From: an uncultured Armatimonadetes bacterium | GTDB taxonomy: Bacteria > Armatimonadota > Hebobacteria > Hebobacterales > Hebobacteraceae | DNA: 64,000 nt | Assembly: GCA_963716175.1 (NCBI GenBank) | Contig: OY970296.1 | Location: 1,824,001 to 1,888,000, forward strand | Direction: 5' to 3' | Part shown: piece by piece, positions 39,839 to 49,445 of the stretch | How positions within the stretch are numbered: the stretch's first letter is position 1 | Layout of the letters: every line of letters starts with the position of its first letter | Notes under the pieces: model-generated | What the model was told of the DNA's origin: nothing | Database searches by the model: none | The model's input: the letters and a program-made list of their open reading frames with translations, nothing else | Made by a program: the position numbers and the translations under genes

Positions 39839-40900
39839 CTACCTGCAGGCCGGCCACCAGCAGGCCGAGGTGCCCTGGAAGTAGGGATTGGGGTTCATAT
39901 TGCAGTTCGACCCGCTGATCAAGGCCTCTGAGGCCACCCAGGCGGCGTGGCCGTCCATGAAGCCCAGGTTGACGCCTCCCATGTGCCGGGCGAACTGCTT
40001 GCGATACTGCGGATCCTCGAAGAACTTCACCGGGTCCGCGCTGCAGTTCACAGACCAAGGGCAGTTGCTCCAGCTCGGTATGCAGCAGGCGCCGCTCCCG
40101 GCCTCGCCTTCCCCACTCGTGACCTGGCAGGCCTGACAGGACGTTGTCCGGCAGAGGTCGTACGCGACACCTATGGCGAAGTCCCAGAAGTGGAAGTAGA
40201 TGCCGTAGTCGGCGACGGCCACCCACTGGGTTGGGTTGTCAATCTGTGAAGGCTTGTGCAGGTAAAGCTCAAGATTGTAGCCGATGCTGGTGATGTAGGC
40301 GCCTTGGGTCTTCTCCCCGCCGGTGACGCCGGCCGTCTTCTGCTGCACCAGGGAGTCGGTAACGGAGCCACCCCAGCCGGTGGGGAACGACTCCTGGCAG
40401 GGGCCAAGGCCGCCGTCCGCCGTCCATACGCTCTCATACTGCTGCCAATGCTCCCACCAGTGACCATTGGGCCCCATCGGGATGATCACCTCGGCGGACT
40501 TGTCGAACCTGGCGCTGGGACACCGCCAGACGTCGCGGTTCCTGATATACTCGTCGAGCATGACCGCCGCCCGAAGATACGGGTTGGCATAGGTCCCGTT
40601 CTTGCAGTGCGCCAGCCCGTCCCACCACTCTTGGTAGTCTCCGCCGGGCCCAGAGTCGAAGTAGGCGCAGGCCGCGGGGCTAACCTCGCGGGGGAAGATG
40701 GTCGAAGAGCCGCCATAGTCGTTCATGTACATCTGCAGTGCCATGGCGATGTTCTTCACATTGGACAGGCACTGGATCTTGCGCGCCGATTCGCGTGCGC
40801 GCGCAAACACCGGGAACAGCATCGCTGCCAGGATCGCAATAATCGCGATCACCACCAACAACTCGATCAGGGTGAAACCACGCCGTCTCCGCATGACCAT
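39839..40900 (-). CDS. Prepilin-type N-terminal cleavage/methylation protein (DUF1559, H-X9-DG), Cys-rich
   Basis: [47 protein letters not shown]. Confidence 0.9.
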   Translation of the reverse strand: MVMRRRRGFTLIELLVVIAIIAILAAMLFPVFARARESARKIQCLSNVKNIAMALQMYMNDYGGSSTIFPREVSPAACAYFDSGPGGDYQEWWDGLAHCKNGTYANPYLRAAVMLDEYIRNRDVWRCPSARFDKSAEVIIPMGPNGHWWEHWQQYESVWTADGGLGPCQESFPTGWGGSVTDSLVQQKTAGVTGGEKTQGAYITSIGYNLELYLHKPSQIDNPTQWVAVADYGIYFHFWDFAIGVAYDLCRTTSCQACQVTSGEGEAGSGACCIPSWSNCPWSVNCSADPVKFFEDPQYRKQFARHMGGVNLGFMDGHAAWVASEALISGSNCNMNPNPYFQGTSACWWPACR

Positions 40901-41250
40901 TCGTGCTGTACCTCCGCGTGATCTTACTGCCCTCTCGCCGCGTGCATATCTCCCGGACGCGAACCCTGTCATCACCTCCTTTGCCTCACGCGCGGCGGGC
41001 CAGCAACTGCTGTGCCGGGAGCCGTCATTAGCCAGCGGAATACGTTAGCACAGATGTCTGGAAATGTCCTTGTACAATCATCCTGAACTCCTGTACGAAC
41101 CTCCAGAAGGCCTGAGCCGGAAGGGATGGGCAGGGCGGCTGCCATGGCTGGCTCGCCTTTGGTCCGAACGAAGGATGCTGCCCGGCCGCGCCGAACCACA
41201 GTCAGGTCCCGTGTACTCAGCGGAACAGACCACGCCAGCGGGGGGATGAG

Positions 41251-42743
41251 ATGACATTGGGCCGGCGATGCGGGGAGCGAGGCCGCCTGTGGGTGAGGCT
41301 GCTGCTGGTCGCGGCAATCGTCGCCATCCTGTCCGCAGGCATCTGGGTCTGGCGGTCGCCCCGGACGCAAGTCCCCACGTTCCGCTCGCCGTCTGCAGCC
41401 GAGCGCTCTCAGTCGGAGGCCGCGCGACGGCTTCGCGCCGGCGCCGCGGGAGCCAATCTCATCATCATCGTCACAGACGCGGCCGCCGCAGGTCACTTCA
41501 CCTCCTTCGGGTACAAGCGGAACGCCACTCCGAACATGAGCCGGTTCCACGAGGAGGGCGTGCTGCTCACAGAGGCCTATTCGGCCGGCGCCAGCACCAA
41601 GCCCTCGATCGCATCCCTGTTCACCTCGCAATCCCCGGACACTCACGGCACGCTCTCGGTGCTTTCCCGGCTGACCGGCGACGGCGCGACCCTGGCGGAA
41701 TGTCTGAAAGGCGCGGGCTACCGCACCGCCGGCTTCTCGGCCAGCCCCTCGGTCTCGGCCGCCTTCGGCTTCAGCCGCGGCTTCGACTTCTTCCACGAGC
41801 TGTTCCGGGAGGTCGGGCTGGAGCCCGTCGGGCCGGGCCCGAGAAACACGGGGGGACTCCGGTGGACGGCGCCCTGGTGCTGAGATCGGCGCTCCGCTGG
41901 ATCAGGGGCCATGAGAACGAGCGCTTCTTCACCTACCTGCACTTCCGGGAGCCGCACTCCCCCTATGGGGCTCCCCCCTCGTTCCACGCCGACTTCGCGG
42001 ACTCGGAGAGCACGGAGCGCGGTGTCTCGGCCCTGCTGTACGACACGGGCCTCGCGTATGTGGATAGCCTCGTCGGCAGGCTGCTGCAGGAGCTGGACGC
42101 GCGCGGCCTGCTCGACAAGTCGGTGGTGGTGCTGCTGGCAGATCACGGCGAGGCCTTCGGCGAACACGGCCGCTTCGGGCACAACTCGACCGCCTACCGC
42201 GAGATGATGCGCGTTCCTCTCGCCTTCCACCTGCCCTCGGGTTGCGGTGTGGCGCCGCGCCGCAGATCGGAGGTCTTCTCCACCACCGACCTGATGCCCA
42301 CGCTGCTGGATCTGTTCCAGATCCCACCGCCCGCGACGATGCAGGGGCGCAGCCGGCTGGCGCTGTTGGCGGGCGAGGAGGAGGAAACCGCCGGCTTTGC
42401 GGTGAGCCGCGCCCTGGGCGAAGACCGGACCGGGGGTAAGCAGAAGCCCGAGGAGGTATCGTACGCGCTGAGGGTGCCGCGTTATACCTTGCTGCTGGCC
42501 GATCTCGGGCGGCGCGTGGAGCTGTACGACCGCGAGGCGGACCCGGGGGAGCTGAAGAACATCGCGGGCGAGAGGCCGGAGGTGGTGAAGAAGCTGCAGG
42601 CGCAGTTCGCAGCCTGGGCGGACTCGCAGCGCGGCCGCCCCGTGGTCCTGCCCGGCGGCCGGGTGTTCGCGGTGGTGGGCAAGGAACGCGATATGGACGA
42701 CACCACCCGCCGCCAGCTCAAGTCACTGGGGTATCTGAAGTAG
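41251..42743 (+). CDS. Membrane-anchored sulfatase-like protein (apparent frameshift at G run 41850..41855)
   Basis: TM; STKPSIASLFT; then HFREPHSPY, ADHGEAFGEHG, LKSLGYL in second frame. Confidence 0.82.
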
Positions 42744-42847
42744 GGTTGAGGCCCCTGTGCCTGAGGACCAGAGCGTCGGCAGATGGTGGCCCATCTGGGT
42801 CCACTGCCTTAGCTTCTCTCCCTCGATATGTGATGAGCCGCGGTGCC

Positions 42848-42876
42848 TTGACAGACGGCCTCCCACCTGCTATCTT
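42848..42876 (+). promoter_or_regulatory. Sigma70-type promoter with extended -10
   Basis: TTGACA-N17-TATCTT, with TGC immediately before the -10. Confidence 0.7.
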
Positions 42877-42965
42877 CAACAAGCAGGGGGAGTCAGGCGG
42901 TGGTGCGAGGGTGGCTGCTGCACTGGCTGGGCTTGTGTTTATGGCACCGGCCTCCTCACAGTCTG

Positions 42966-42997
42966 AGGCGCGCATGTTCGGCGCGCCTTTTTCTTTT
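42966..42997 (+). terminator. Intrinsic terminator within leader of the prepilin-type gene
   Basis: aggcgcgc-N7-gcgcgcct followed by ttttctttt. Confidence 0.75.
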
Positions 42998-43142
42998 GGC
43001 CGGAAGCAGGGAAGGGCGGGTGAGCCGAGCTGACCGCGCTGCTTTCTGTAACGGCCGACGGACGGGGTAAGAGAGGAGGTGAGGCAGTGTTCTTTGTTGT
43101 CCCGCCTATCCGCGGCAGACTGTAGAGGAGGAGTGACACACG

Positions 43143-44183
43143 ATGATACTGCGGAGACGTGGTTTCACCCTGATCGAGTTGTTGGTAGTGATCGCGATCA
43201 TCGCGATCCTGGCCGCAATGCTGTTTCCCGTATTCGCGCGGGCACGTGAATCGGCGCGCAAGATTCAGTGCCTGTCCAATGTGAAGAACATCGCCATGGC
43301 CATGCAGATGTACTTCTCGGACTATGACCGGTTCCCACCGGCCGAGACCAACGGCAATGTCAATGCCTGGTTCAGCGACTGCGGCGGGGACACCAGGCCC
43401 GGGTGCTGCTCCACCCAGGCCAACCCCTACCTGCGCTGGCCGGTGGTTCTGGACGAGTACGTCAAGAACCGCGACGTGTGGAGGTGCCCCAGCGCGAAGC
43501 GACCCTCGTACCCGGGATCGGTCATGCCCTACCCCAACTGGTTCCAGCAGTTCTCGGACCCGGCCAAGCACTACGGCGCCTGCTGCGACCTCTGGCCGCC
43601 CGGCTGGGGTGGAACCGCCACCGACACCGACCAGAATGTGTGTGGTGCCGGCCAAAAGCCGAGCGCGGACACCGGTGCCGTCGAGTTCGGCATCGCTATG
43701 TTTGAGCACCTTCAGGGCAAGTCGCTGTCTCTGGTCAACGACCCCGCGAGGCACGTCGTTGTCAACGACGCCCCCAACGCGCCATGGTGGGGCATGGTCG
43801 AGCAAATGGCCTTTCCCGACATCTGCCGCGCCCGCTGGGGCGGCGCTGTGGACTACGGCTGCGGCGCCGACTGGGTCAACTGCTCCGATACCCAGAGCTG
43901 CGGCATTTCGCTTGACGCGATGAACAAGTTCTGGACCGACGCCAGCTACCGCAGCCAGAACGCCCGCCATTTGGGCGGCAGCAACATCGGCTTCCTGGAT
44001 GGCCACGCCGCCTGGATGGCCGCTGACGCCATCGTCGCCGCGGCCGGGAACCACCGCAATCCCAACCCGTATGCTGTCCTTATTCTCGGCTCCGGCGCAG
44101 CTGCCCCTCCGTCTGGCGCGACCGCTCAGGTGTCTTACTTGGAGGGCATCAACTGCCAGTGTCTGCCGGAGAGCATGTGGTAA
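43143..44183 (+). CDS. Prepilin-type N-terminal cleavage/methylation protein (DUF1559, H-X9-DG), Cys-rich
   Basis: [47 protein letters not shown]. Confidence 0.9.
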   Translation: MILRRRGFTLIELLVVIAIIAILAAMLFPVFARARESARKIQCLSNVKNIAMAMQMYFSDYDRFPPAETNGNVNAWFSDCGGDTRPGCCSTQANPYLRWPVVLDEYVKNRDVWRCPSAKRPSYPGSVMPYPNWFQQFSDPAKHYGACCDLWPPGWGGTATDTDQNVCGAGQKPSADTGAVEFGIAMFEHLQGKSLSLVNDPARHVVVNDAPNAPWWGMVEQMAFPDICRARWGGAVDYGCGADWVNCSDTQSCGISLDAMNKFWTDASYRSQNARHLGGSNIGFLDGHAAWMAADAIVAAAGNHRNPNPYAVLILGSGAAAPPSGATAQVSYLEGINCQCLPESMW

Positions 44184-44388
44184 CCTGGCACTGAGGGGGG
44201 TCGCATTAGCCGGCTTGGCAGCATGCTGAGCGCCGCGGGACGACCCGCGGCGCCCAGCGCGTGTGACGGGCGAGCCCTCGCGGTCCCAGGGCATGCCAGG
44301 CCGACATACCGCACCGGGCAGCGCGAGCCGCTCTTTCGCTGGGCCCGCCCGACCCGAACCTCCCTGGAACTGCTCATGCTCCTCTCCC

Positions 44389-45213
44389 TCACCGCACCTT
44401 CTGAAACACCATCACGAACTCGTGGGCTTTGTTGACTCTGAACACGGAGGGATAGCCGAGAGGGCGGAAGTTGTTGTACTCGTGCCGCCGGTCCCAGATG
44501 ATGATGTCATCGAGCAGGTAACCGATTCCCTGGAGACTGCTGGCGAGGTCCGAGTGGAAGGGGAAGAAGCGGTTCCTCTGGCGCAGGTCCATCACCACCG
44601 CGGCGCAATAGGCGCCGGGACGCAGCACGGAACGCACCTGCGCGAACACCTCTGTCAGCGCGGCCAGGAATCCGTCGTAATCTGCCACCTGTCCCAGGTC
44701 TCCCGGCCGGTCGCCATAGTGTCTGACCTGCTTGCGATCCGCCGAGCGGCGGCGAGTGAGCACATTCCAGTAGGGGGGCGAGGTCACCACCAGGTCCACT
44801 GACTCCGGCGCCACGTGGTCGGCCAGGTCTGCGGCGTCGGCGCAGATCAACTGGCAGCCGCAGGGGAGCGGCCCGGAGGGCATGGGCAGGCGCGCGCTAC
44901 AGTCGCGCTCTCTGAGGCGGCGGCTGGCGATCTGGACGTAGTCCGGGTTGATGTCGAGGCCGAGGCCCGCCCGGCCCAGCTCATGCGCGGCCAGCACCGT
45001 GGACCCCAGCCCGCAGAAGGGGTCGAGCACCACCCGGCCCTCGGGCGGGAGGAAGCACTCGATCACCCGGCGCGCCAGCTCCACCGGGAACAGCGCCGGA
45101 TGCTTCAGCGCCAGCTCCTCTTTCGATTTCCGGATATCGCTCCAGATGCTGATGGAATAGCGAGTCCAGGTGCGGCCGTCCAGGCTGTTGCCACGCCGCG
45201 GATTACCTCTCAT
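44389..45213 (-). CDS. Orphan amino-DNA methyltransferase (SPPY, N4C-type motif)
   Basis: HPALFP, VLDPFCGLGST (motif I), VTSPPYW (motif IV), IIW, HEFVMVF. Confidence 0.85.
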   Translation of the reverse strand: MRGNPRRGNSLDGRTWTRYSISIWSDIRKSKEELALKHPALFPVELARRVIECFLPPEGRVVLDPFCGLGSTVLAAHELGRAGLGLDINPDYVQIASRRLRERDCSARLPMPSGPLPCGCQLICADAADLADHVAPESVDLVVTSPPYWNVLTRRRSADRKQVRHYGDRPGDLGQVADYDGFLAALTEVFAQVRSVLRPGAYCAAVVMDLRQRNRFFPFHSDLASSLQGIGYLLDDIIIWDRRHEYNNFRPLGYPSVFRVNKAHEFVMVFQKVR

Positions 45214-45383
45214 CGCCTCGCCCCTTCAGGGCCGCCTGGTAGAGCACGCCCCGCGGCACTCCCCGCCTTCTGGCGACATGGGCCGGCGGCCCGGCGCAGC
45301 ACGCGCAGGCCGCGGAGGGTGGTGTTCTCCAGGTTGCCGATGGGCGTGCCCACCAGATAGAGGGTGCCAGGAGGTAGATCCAT
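45210..45383 (-). pseudogene. rsmI: N-terminal remnant of RsmI (16S rRNA methyltransferase)
   Basis: GTLYLVGTPIGNLENTTLRGLRVL, then similarity is lost; 57 aa. Confidence 0.7.
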
Positions 45384-45391
45384 TTCCCTGT

Positions 45392-45930
45392 TCAGAACCG
45401 GAAGCGGGCAAGAGCCGCGATGATAGCCACCAGCAGTGGAACGAGAAAGCCGGGGGAAGACAGCACGGCGATCACCTGCTGAAAGCCCGGGTGCCCAGGC
45501 CTTGCAGCGACAATGAGGGCCCCCGCGACCGCCATGCCCACCAGGGACATCACGGCTGCGATCACCTGGATGGAGATGTCGCGGTGCTGGGCCGATCCCG
45601 CCAGGGCGGCCGACCCCACCGCCAGGCCGAGGAGGACGGCTGCCAACAGGCCTACCCAGTGCACCCACCCGAGCAGCAGACCGGCGCCGAGGCCAACCGC
45701 CAGGGAGGCCCCCGCACCCCGCACGATCTGCGGGGTTGTGGCCAACCCTTTGGCCCGGCGGGGCAGGCGGGCGCAATCGGCGCAGAGGACGCCGGTGGCG
45801 CCCTGCACCATGCAGTCCGGGCAGAGGGGCCGCCCGCAGCGACCGCAGGACACCGCGGTCTCGCGATTCGGATGGCGGTAACAGCGCGCCGTAGCTGATC
45901 CTCCCTGGCAGCTGAACTGACCACCGCCAT
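45392..45930 (-). CDS. B-box-type zinc finger membrane protein (start uncertain)
   Basis: CYRHP..CGRCGRPLCPDC..CADC followed by TM helices. Confidence 0.7.
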
Positions 45931-45965
45931 TCTGCGAGCCCGGCCTGTTGACCTCCCCTGACGTG

Positions 45966-46007
45966 GCTCGAGGGTGTGCCGCTCCCGTTGACGGCACACC
46001 CTCGAGC
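45966..46007 (-). terminator. 16-bp perfect hairpin downstream of stalk-domain gene
   Basis: gctcgagggtgtgccg / cggcacaccctcgagc. Confidence 0.5.
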
Positions 46008-46039
46008 TGTTGGAGTGATATAGAAGAAGGCGAGGCTAA

Positions 46040-47146
46040 CTACCCTGGAGGGCGCTCAGCTAGGGCGCGGTCGCTCACCTTGAGGCTTGCCACACCGGTA
46101 GCGCGATCCCAGTGCAGTGCGGCACCAGTGACATCCGCGAAGAAACGGAGGGGCACGATCATCCTCGCCTGCTGGATGATCGCCTTCGCACCCATGTCCA
46201 CGGGTTGTCCATTCACCCTGGCGATGCTGGAGCCAGTGGTGACCTCGACCACGTTCGCTCCCTTCACGCTGCGCGCGATCCGGGTGCGACTGTGCCACGA
46301 CACCTGCGCTCCCACCTCCTCGAACAGGGATCGGAAGCTAACCTGCATGCGACCATCCTGCACATAGGGCGCCACCGAGAAGCTCACCGGCCGCCCATTC
46401 ATGACTACGGTATGCCCCCGAATCCGACTCGCCACTGGGTGCACGGCGGGGGGCCGATCACTGGCCGTGCCCGAGGTGAAGCTGGCATGACCGACTGCCT
46501 CCAGCGCCACCGGGCGCGCGGCCGACAGCAGTGGGCTGGCCGCGGTCCGGCTCGGTTCGGGCAGCGGCCCGCGCGCTGGCTGCATGGGCGAGGCCGCGGA
46601 AGCGCCTGCTGCCTCCGCCGCCGCTCCTACCGTCACCGGGCGGGCGCCCGTTTGCTGCTTTGCGGCCACCCGCGCTGCAGGTGCGGGGGCAGGTGACGCG
46701 GCCACCGCCTTTTTCGCTGGCGGCATCGGCTTGGAGGCGACCCGCCGGGCGGGCTCCTTGCGCGCCTGCAGTGACGGGCCCGAGCCATTCCTTACGTAGA
46801 TGGTGATCACCTTGGAGGCGGCGATCAAGCCATAGTTGTCGTAGGCCTCGGCGAAGATGCGGTGCGGGCCATCGGGCAAGACGGTGGTGTCGAGCTCGAA
46901 GGTATAGGGCGCTGAGTTGGTGGAGGAAGGCCGGTCTGCGTCTACCCCAAAGATGACATAGCTGACCCTCCCGCCATTCCGCACCGAGGCCGTAATGCTC
47001 AACACTCCGCGTACCTTCGCCCCGGCGGCGGGCGAGGCGATCTTGATCGCGGCCCCCGGAGCACCAAACAGGCCGGTGATGGAAAGCACCATCGCCAGGA
47101 TCAGCAGCCCGGCGACCAGCGACTGAGATGTGCTCGCGCGGCGCAT
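46040..47146 (-). CDS. Secreted Ig-like (Big) + Pro/Ala linker + copper amine oxidase N-terminal (stalk) domain protein
   Basis: APYTFELDTT..DGPH; APYVQDGRMQVSFR..GAQVSW; MIVPLRF..GAALHWD. Confidence 0.78.
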   Translation of the reverse strand: MRRASTSQSLVAGLLILAMVLSITGLFGAPGAAIKIASPAAGAKVRGVLSITASVRNGGRVSYVIFGVDADRPSSTNSAPYTFELDTTVLPDGPHRIFAEAYDNYGLIAASKVITIYVRNGSGPSLQARKEPARRVASKPMPPAKKAVAASPAPAPAARVAAKQQTGARPVTVGAAAEAAGASAASPMQPARGPLPEPSRTAASPLLSAARPVALEAVGHASFTSGTASDRPPAVHPVASRIRGHTVVMNGRPVSFSVAPYVQDGRMQVSFRSLFEEVGAQVSWHSRTRIARSVKGANVVEVTTGSSIARVNGQPVDMGAKAIIQQARMIVPLRFFADVTGAALHWDRATGVASLKVSDRALAERPPG

Positions 47147-47324
47147 TGTTGTCCCTCCCCACTCAATGAAACACAAATGGTCTTGGTGCGGGCCCCCTGT
47201 CCAGGGCCGCATCCCGATTCCCCGATCTTCTTCCTACACTATCTATCTATACCATGCCTGAGCCTGACCCTCCAAGAGCGGCTGCCAGGGTGCCCTTGCC
47301 GCTGTCAGCGCCCTCTGGCGCTCC

Positions 47325-47354
47325 TTGACCGCGTTTGGGTCTGCCCCCTATAAT
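47325..47354 (+). promoter_or_regulatory. Sigma70-type promoter of smpB
   Basis: TTGACC-N18-TATAAT. Confidence 0.65.
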
Positions 47355-47376
47355 CGGGCCGCAGGAGGCCGAGCCG

Positions 47377-47840
47377 GTGTCTGATCGGGAAACCGTCGCG
47401 CTCAACCGCCGCGCCAGGCACGATTACGAGATCACCGAGACCTACGATGCCGGCCTCGTGCTCACAGGCACCGAGATCAAGTCCGTCCGCGCCCACCGGG
47501 TGGACCTGCGGGATGCCTACGCCGCGGTGGAGCGGGGGAACTCTGGCTGCACAACATGCACATCAGTGCCTATGAGCCCGGGAGCCGGGACAACCCGGCA
47601 ACGCGGCGCAGCCGGAAGCTGCTGCTGCATCGGCGGGAGATCAGCCGCCTGATCGGCAGGACGGTGGAGAAGGGCCTCACTATCATACCGCTCAAGCTCT
47701 ACCTGCAGCGCGGGTACGCCAAGGTGGAACTGGGCCTGGCCCGGGGCCGCCGCCAGTGGGACAAGCGCCAGGCGATTGCGGCGCGGGAGGCGCGCCGGGA
47801 GGAAGAGCGCGCGCTGGCGCAGAGAAGGAGGGAGGGGTGA
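47377..47840 (+). CDS. smpB: SsrA-binding protein (apparent 1-nt frameshift at G run 47534..47538)
   Basis: [22 protein letters not shown]; [22 protein letters not shown]. Confidence 0.93.
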
Positions 47841-48151
47841 GCGTACATATAGAGGTGAATCTGGACCGGGTCGCCGAGTACTGCCGCAAGTGGAAGGTCA
47901 CCGAGCTGGCCTTGTTTGGCTCGGTGCTGCGGGAGGACTTCCGGCCTGATAGCGACGTGGATGTGCTGGTGACATTCGCGCAGGATGCGAAGTGGAGTCT
48001 GTTCGATCTGGTGGAGATGCAGGACGAGCTGGGCCAGTTGCTGGGGCGCGATGTGGACCTCGTGGAGAGAGAGGCAATAGAGAAGAGCGAGAACTACATC
48101 CGCAGGAAGCATATCCTCAGCAATACGGAGATCATATATGTGGCGAGATGA
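47837..48151 (+). CDS. MNT minimal nucleotidyltransferase antitoxin
   Basis: LFGSVLREDFRPDSDVDVLV, LGRDVDLV. Confidence 0.88.
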   Translation: MSVHIEVNLDRVAEYCRKWKVTELALFGSVLREDFRPDSDVDVLVTFAQDAKWSLFDLVEMQDELGQLLGRDVDLVEREAIEKSENYIRRKHILSNTEIIYVAR

Positions 48152-48494
48152 GGCGTATCTGTTGGATATGCTCCTCTCAGCGCGACAGATCCTGGACTTC
48201 ACGCGGGGCGTCCCCTGGGAGGCGTTCGCTGCCGACCGGGAGAAGCAGTACGCGGTCACTCACCTGATCCAGATTATCGGTGAGGCCGCGCGAAAAGTCT
48301 CTCCGGAGTTCAGATCAGCACACCCGGAGATCCCCTGGCGCGAAGTGGTAGGAATGCGACATCGGATCGTTCACGAGTACTTCCGCATCATAACGTCGGA
48401 GGTATGGAGGGTGGTGGAGAAGGACCTGCCGGCCCTGATTCCCTTGCTGGAGTCGCTAGTGCCGCCTGAGGAGCCAGCAGAACGCTCGGGGTAG
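48138..48494 (+). CDS. HEPN (DUF86/HepT-like) RNase toxin
   Basis: IIGEAA, IPW, RHRIVHEY (RX4H). Confidence 0.88.
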   Translation: MWRDEAYLLDMLLSARQILDFTRGVPWEAFAADREKQYAVTHLIQIIGEAARKVSPEFRSAHPEIPWREVVGMRHRIVHEYFRIITSEVWRVVEKDLPALIPLLESLVPPEEPAERSG

Positions 48495-48604
48495 CCCTGC
48501 CCGCAGGCTTCTCCACTCAGCGGCCGGGCGAACCGCTGATCCGCTCCTGTGCAGGATTGCCCCTGTGGTCGTGGAAGCCACTCTGATGGAGGCCCGCCTT
48601 TCCC

Positions 48605-49420
48605 GTGCGTCTGGGATTCTGCAACGAAGGTTTCGGCGAGCGCCCGTGGCCGGCGCAGTGCGCGGCGGTAGCCGCGGCCGGCTATGATGGCATCGAGATC
48701 GCTCCCTACACCTTGGCCGAGACGGTAGAAAGCATATCGCCCCGGGCGCGCGCGGAGTTGCGGCAGCCGGCCCAGGAGGCGGGGCTGGAGGTGGTGGGGC
48801 TGCACTGGCTGCTAGTCAAGCCTGAGGGGCTGCATATCAGCCACCCCGATGCTGCCGTGCGCGGCCGCACCAGAGACTACCTCTGCCATCTCGCCGATTT
48901 CTGTGGGGACCTGGGCGGCAAGATCATGGTCTTCGGCTCGCCTGGCCAGCGGGGCACCAGCGCGGGCGCGACTCCGGACGAGGCCTGGCACTGGGCCGTC
49001 GAGACCTTCACCGGTGTGCTGCCGACACTCGCGGCGCGCGGCGTGACGCTCTGCATCGAACCGCTGACCTTCCAGGAGACGGATTTCATCTTGAGCGCGG
49101 AACAGGGTCGGCGTATGGTGGAGGAGATCAACCATCCCAGCTTTCGCCTTATCCTCGACGTGAAAGCCATGTGCAGCGAATCGGTGGCCATACCCGAGCT
49201 TATCCGCGAGCACGCCAGCGTGCTCGCCCATGTCCACGCCAATGATGCCAATCGGCAGGCGCCGGGCTTCGGGGAGACGGACTTCGGCCCGATCTTGGCG
49301 GCGCTTCAGGAAGTGGACTACCAGGGTTATGTGTCGGCCGAGCCGTTCGAGTTCAAGACCGATATCGACACCATCGCGCGCCGGGCGCTGAGCTACCTGC
49401 ACAGTTGTCTGGCGGCATGA
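48605..49420 (+). CDS. Sugar phosphate isomerase/epimerase (xylose isomerase-like TIM barrel)
   Basis: GYDGIEIAP, IEPL..E, HVHAND, YQGYVSAE. Confidence 0.82.
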   Translation: MRLGFCNEGFGERPWPAQCAAVAAAGYDGIEIAPYTLAETVESISPRARAELRQPAQEAGLEVVGLHWLLVKPEGLHISHPDAAVRGRTRDYLCHLADFCGDLGGKIMVFGSPGQRGTSAGATPDEAWHWAVETFTGVLPTLAARGVTLCIEPLTFQETDFILSAEQGRRMVEEINHPSFRLILDVKAMCSESVAIPELIREHASVLAHVHANDANRQAPGFGETDFGPILAALQEVDYQGYVSAEPFEFKTDIDTIARRALSYLHSCLAA

Positions 49421-49445
49421 CGAGAATCTGAGCCCAACCCGGGAG

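Noticed and set aside
42757-42966. Cys-rich leader peptide ending at the terminator
   Set aside because: No start codon in that frame downstream of the predicted promoter
39616-44388. Diversity-generating retroelement acting on the pilin-like genes
   Set aside because: No reverse transcriptase and no template/variable repeat pair with adenine-specific differences
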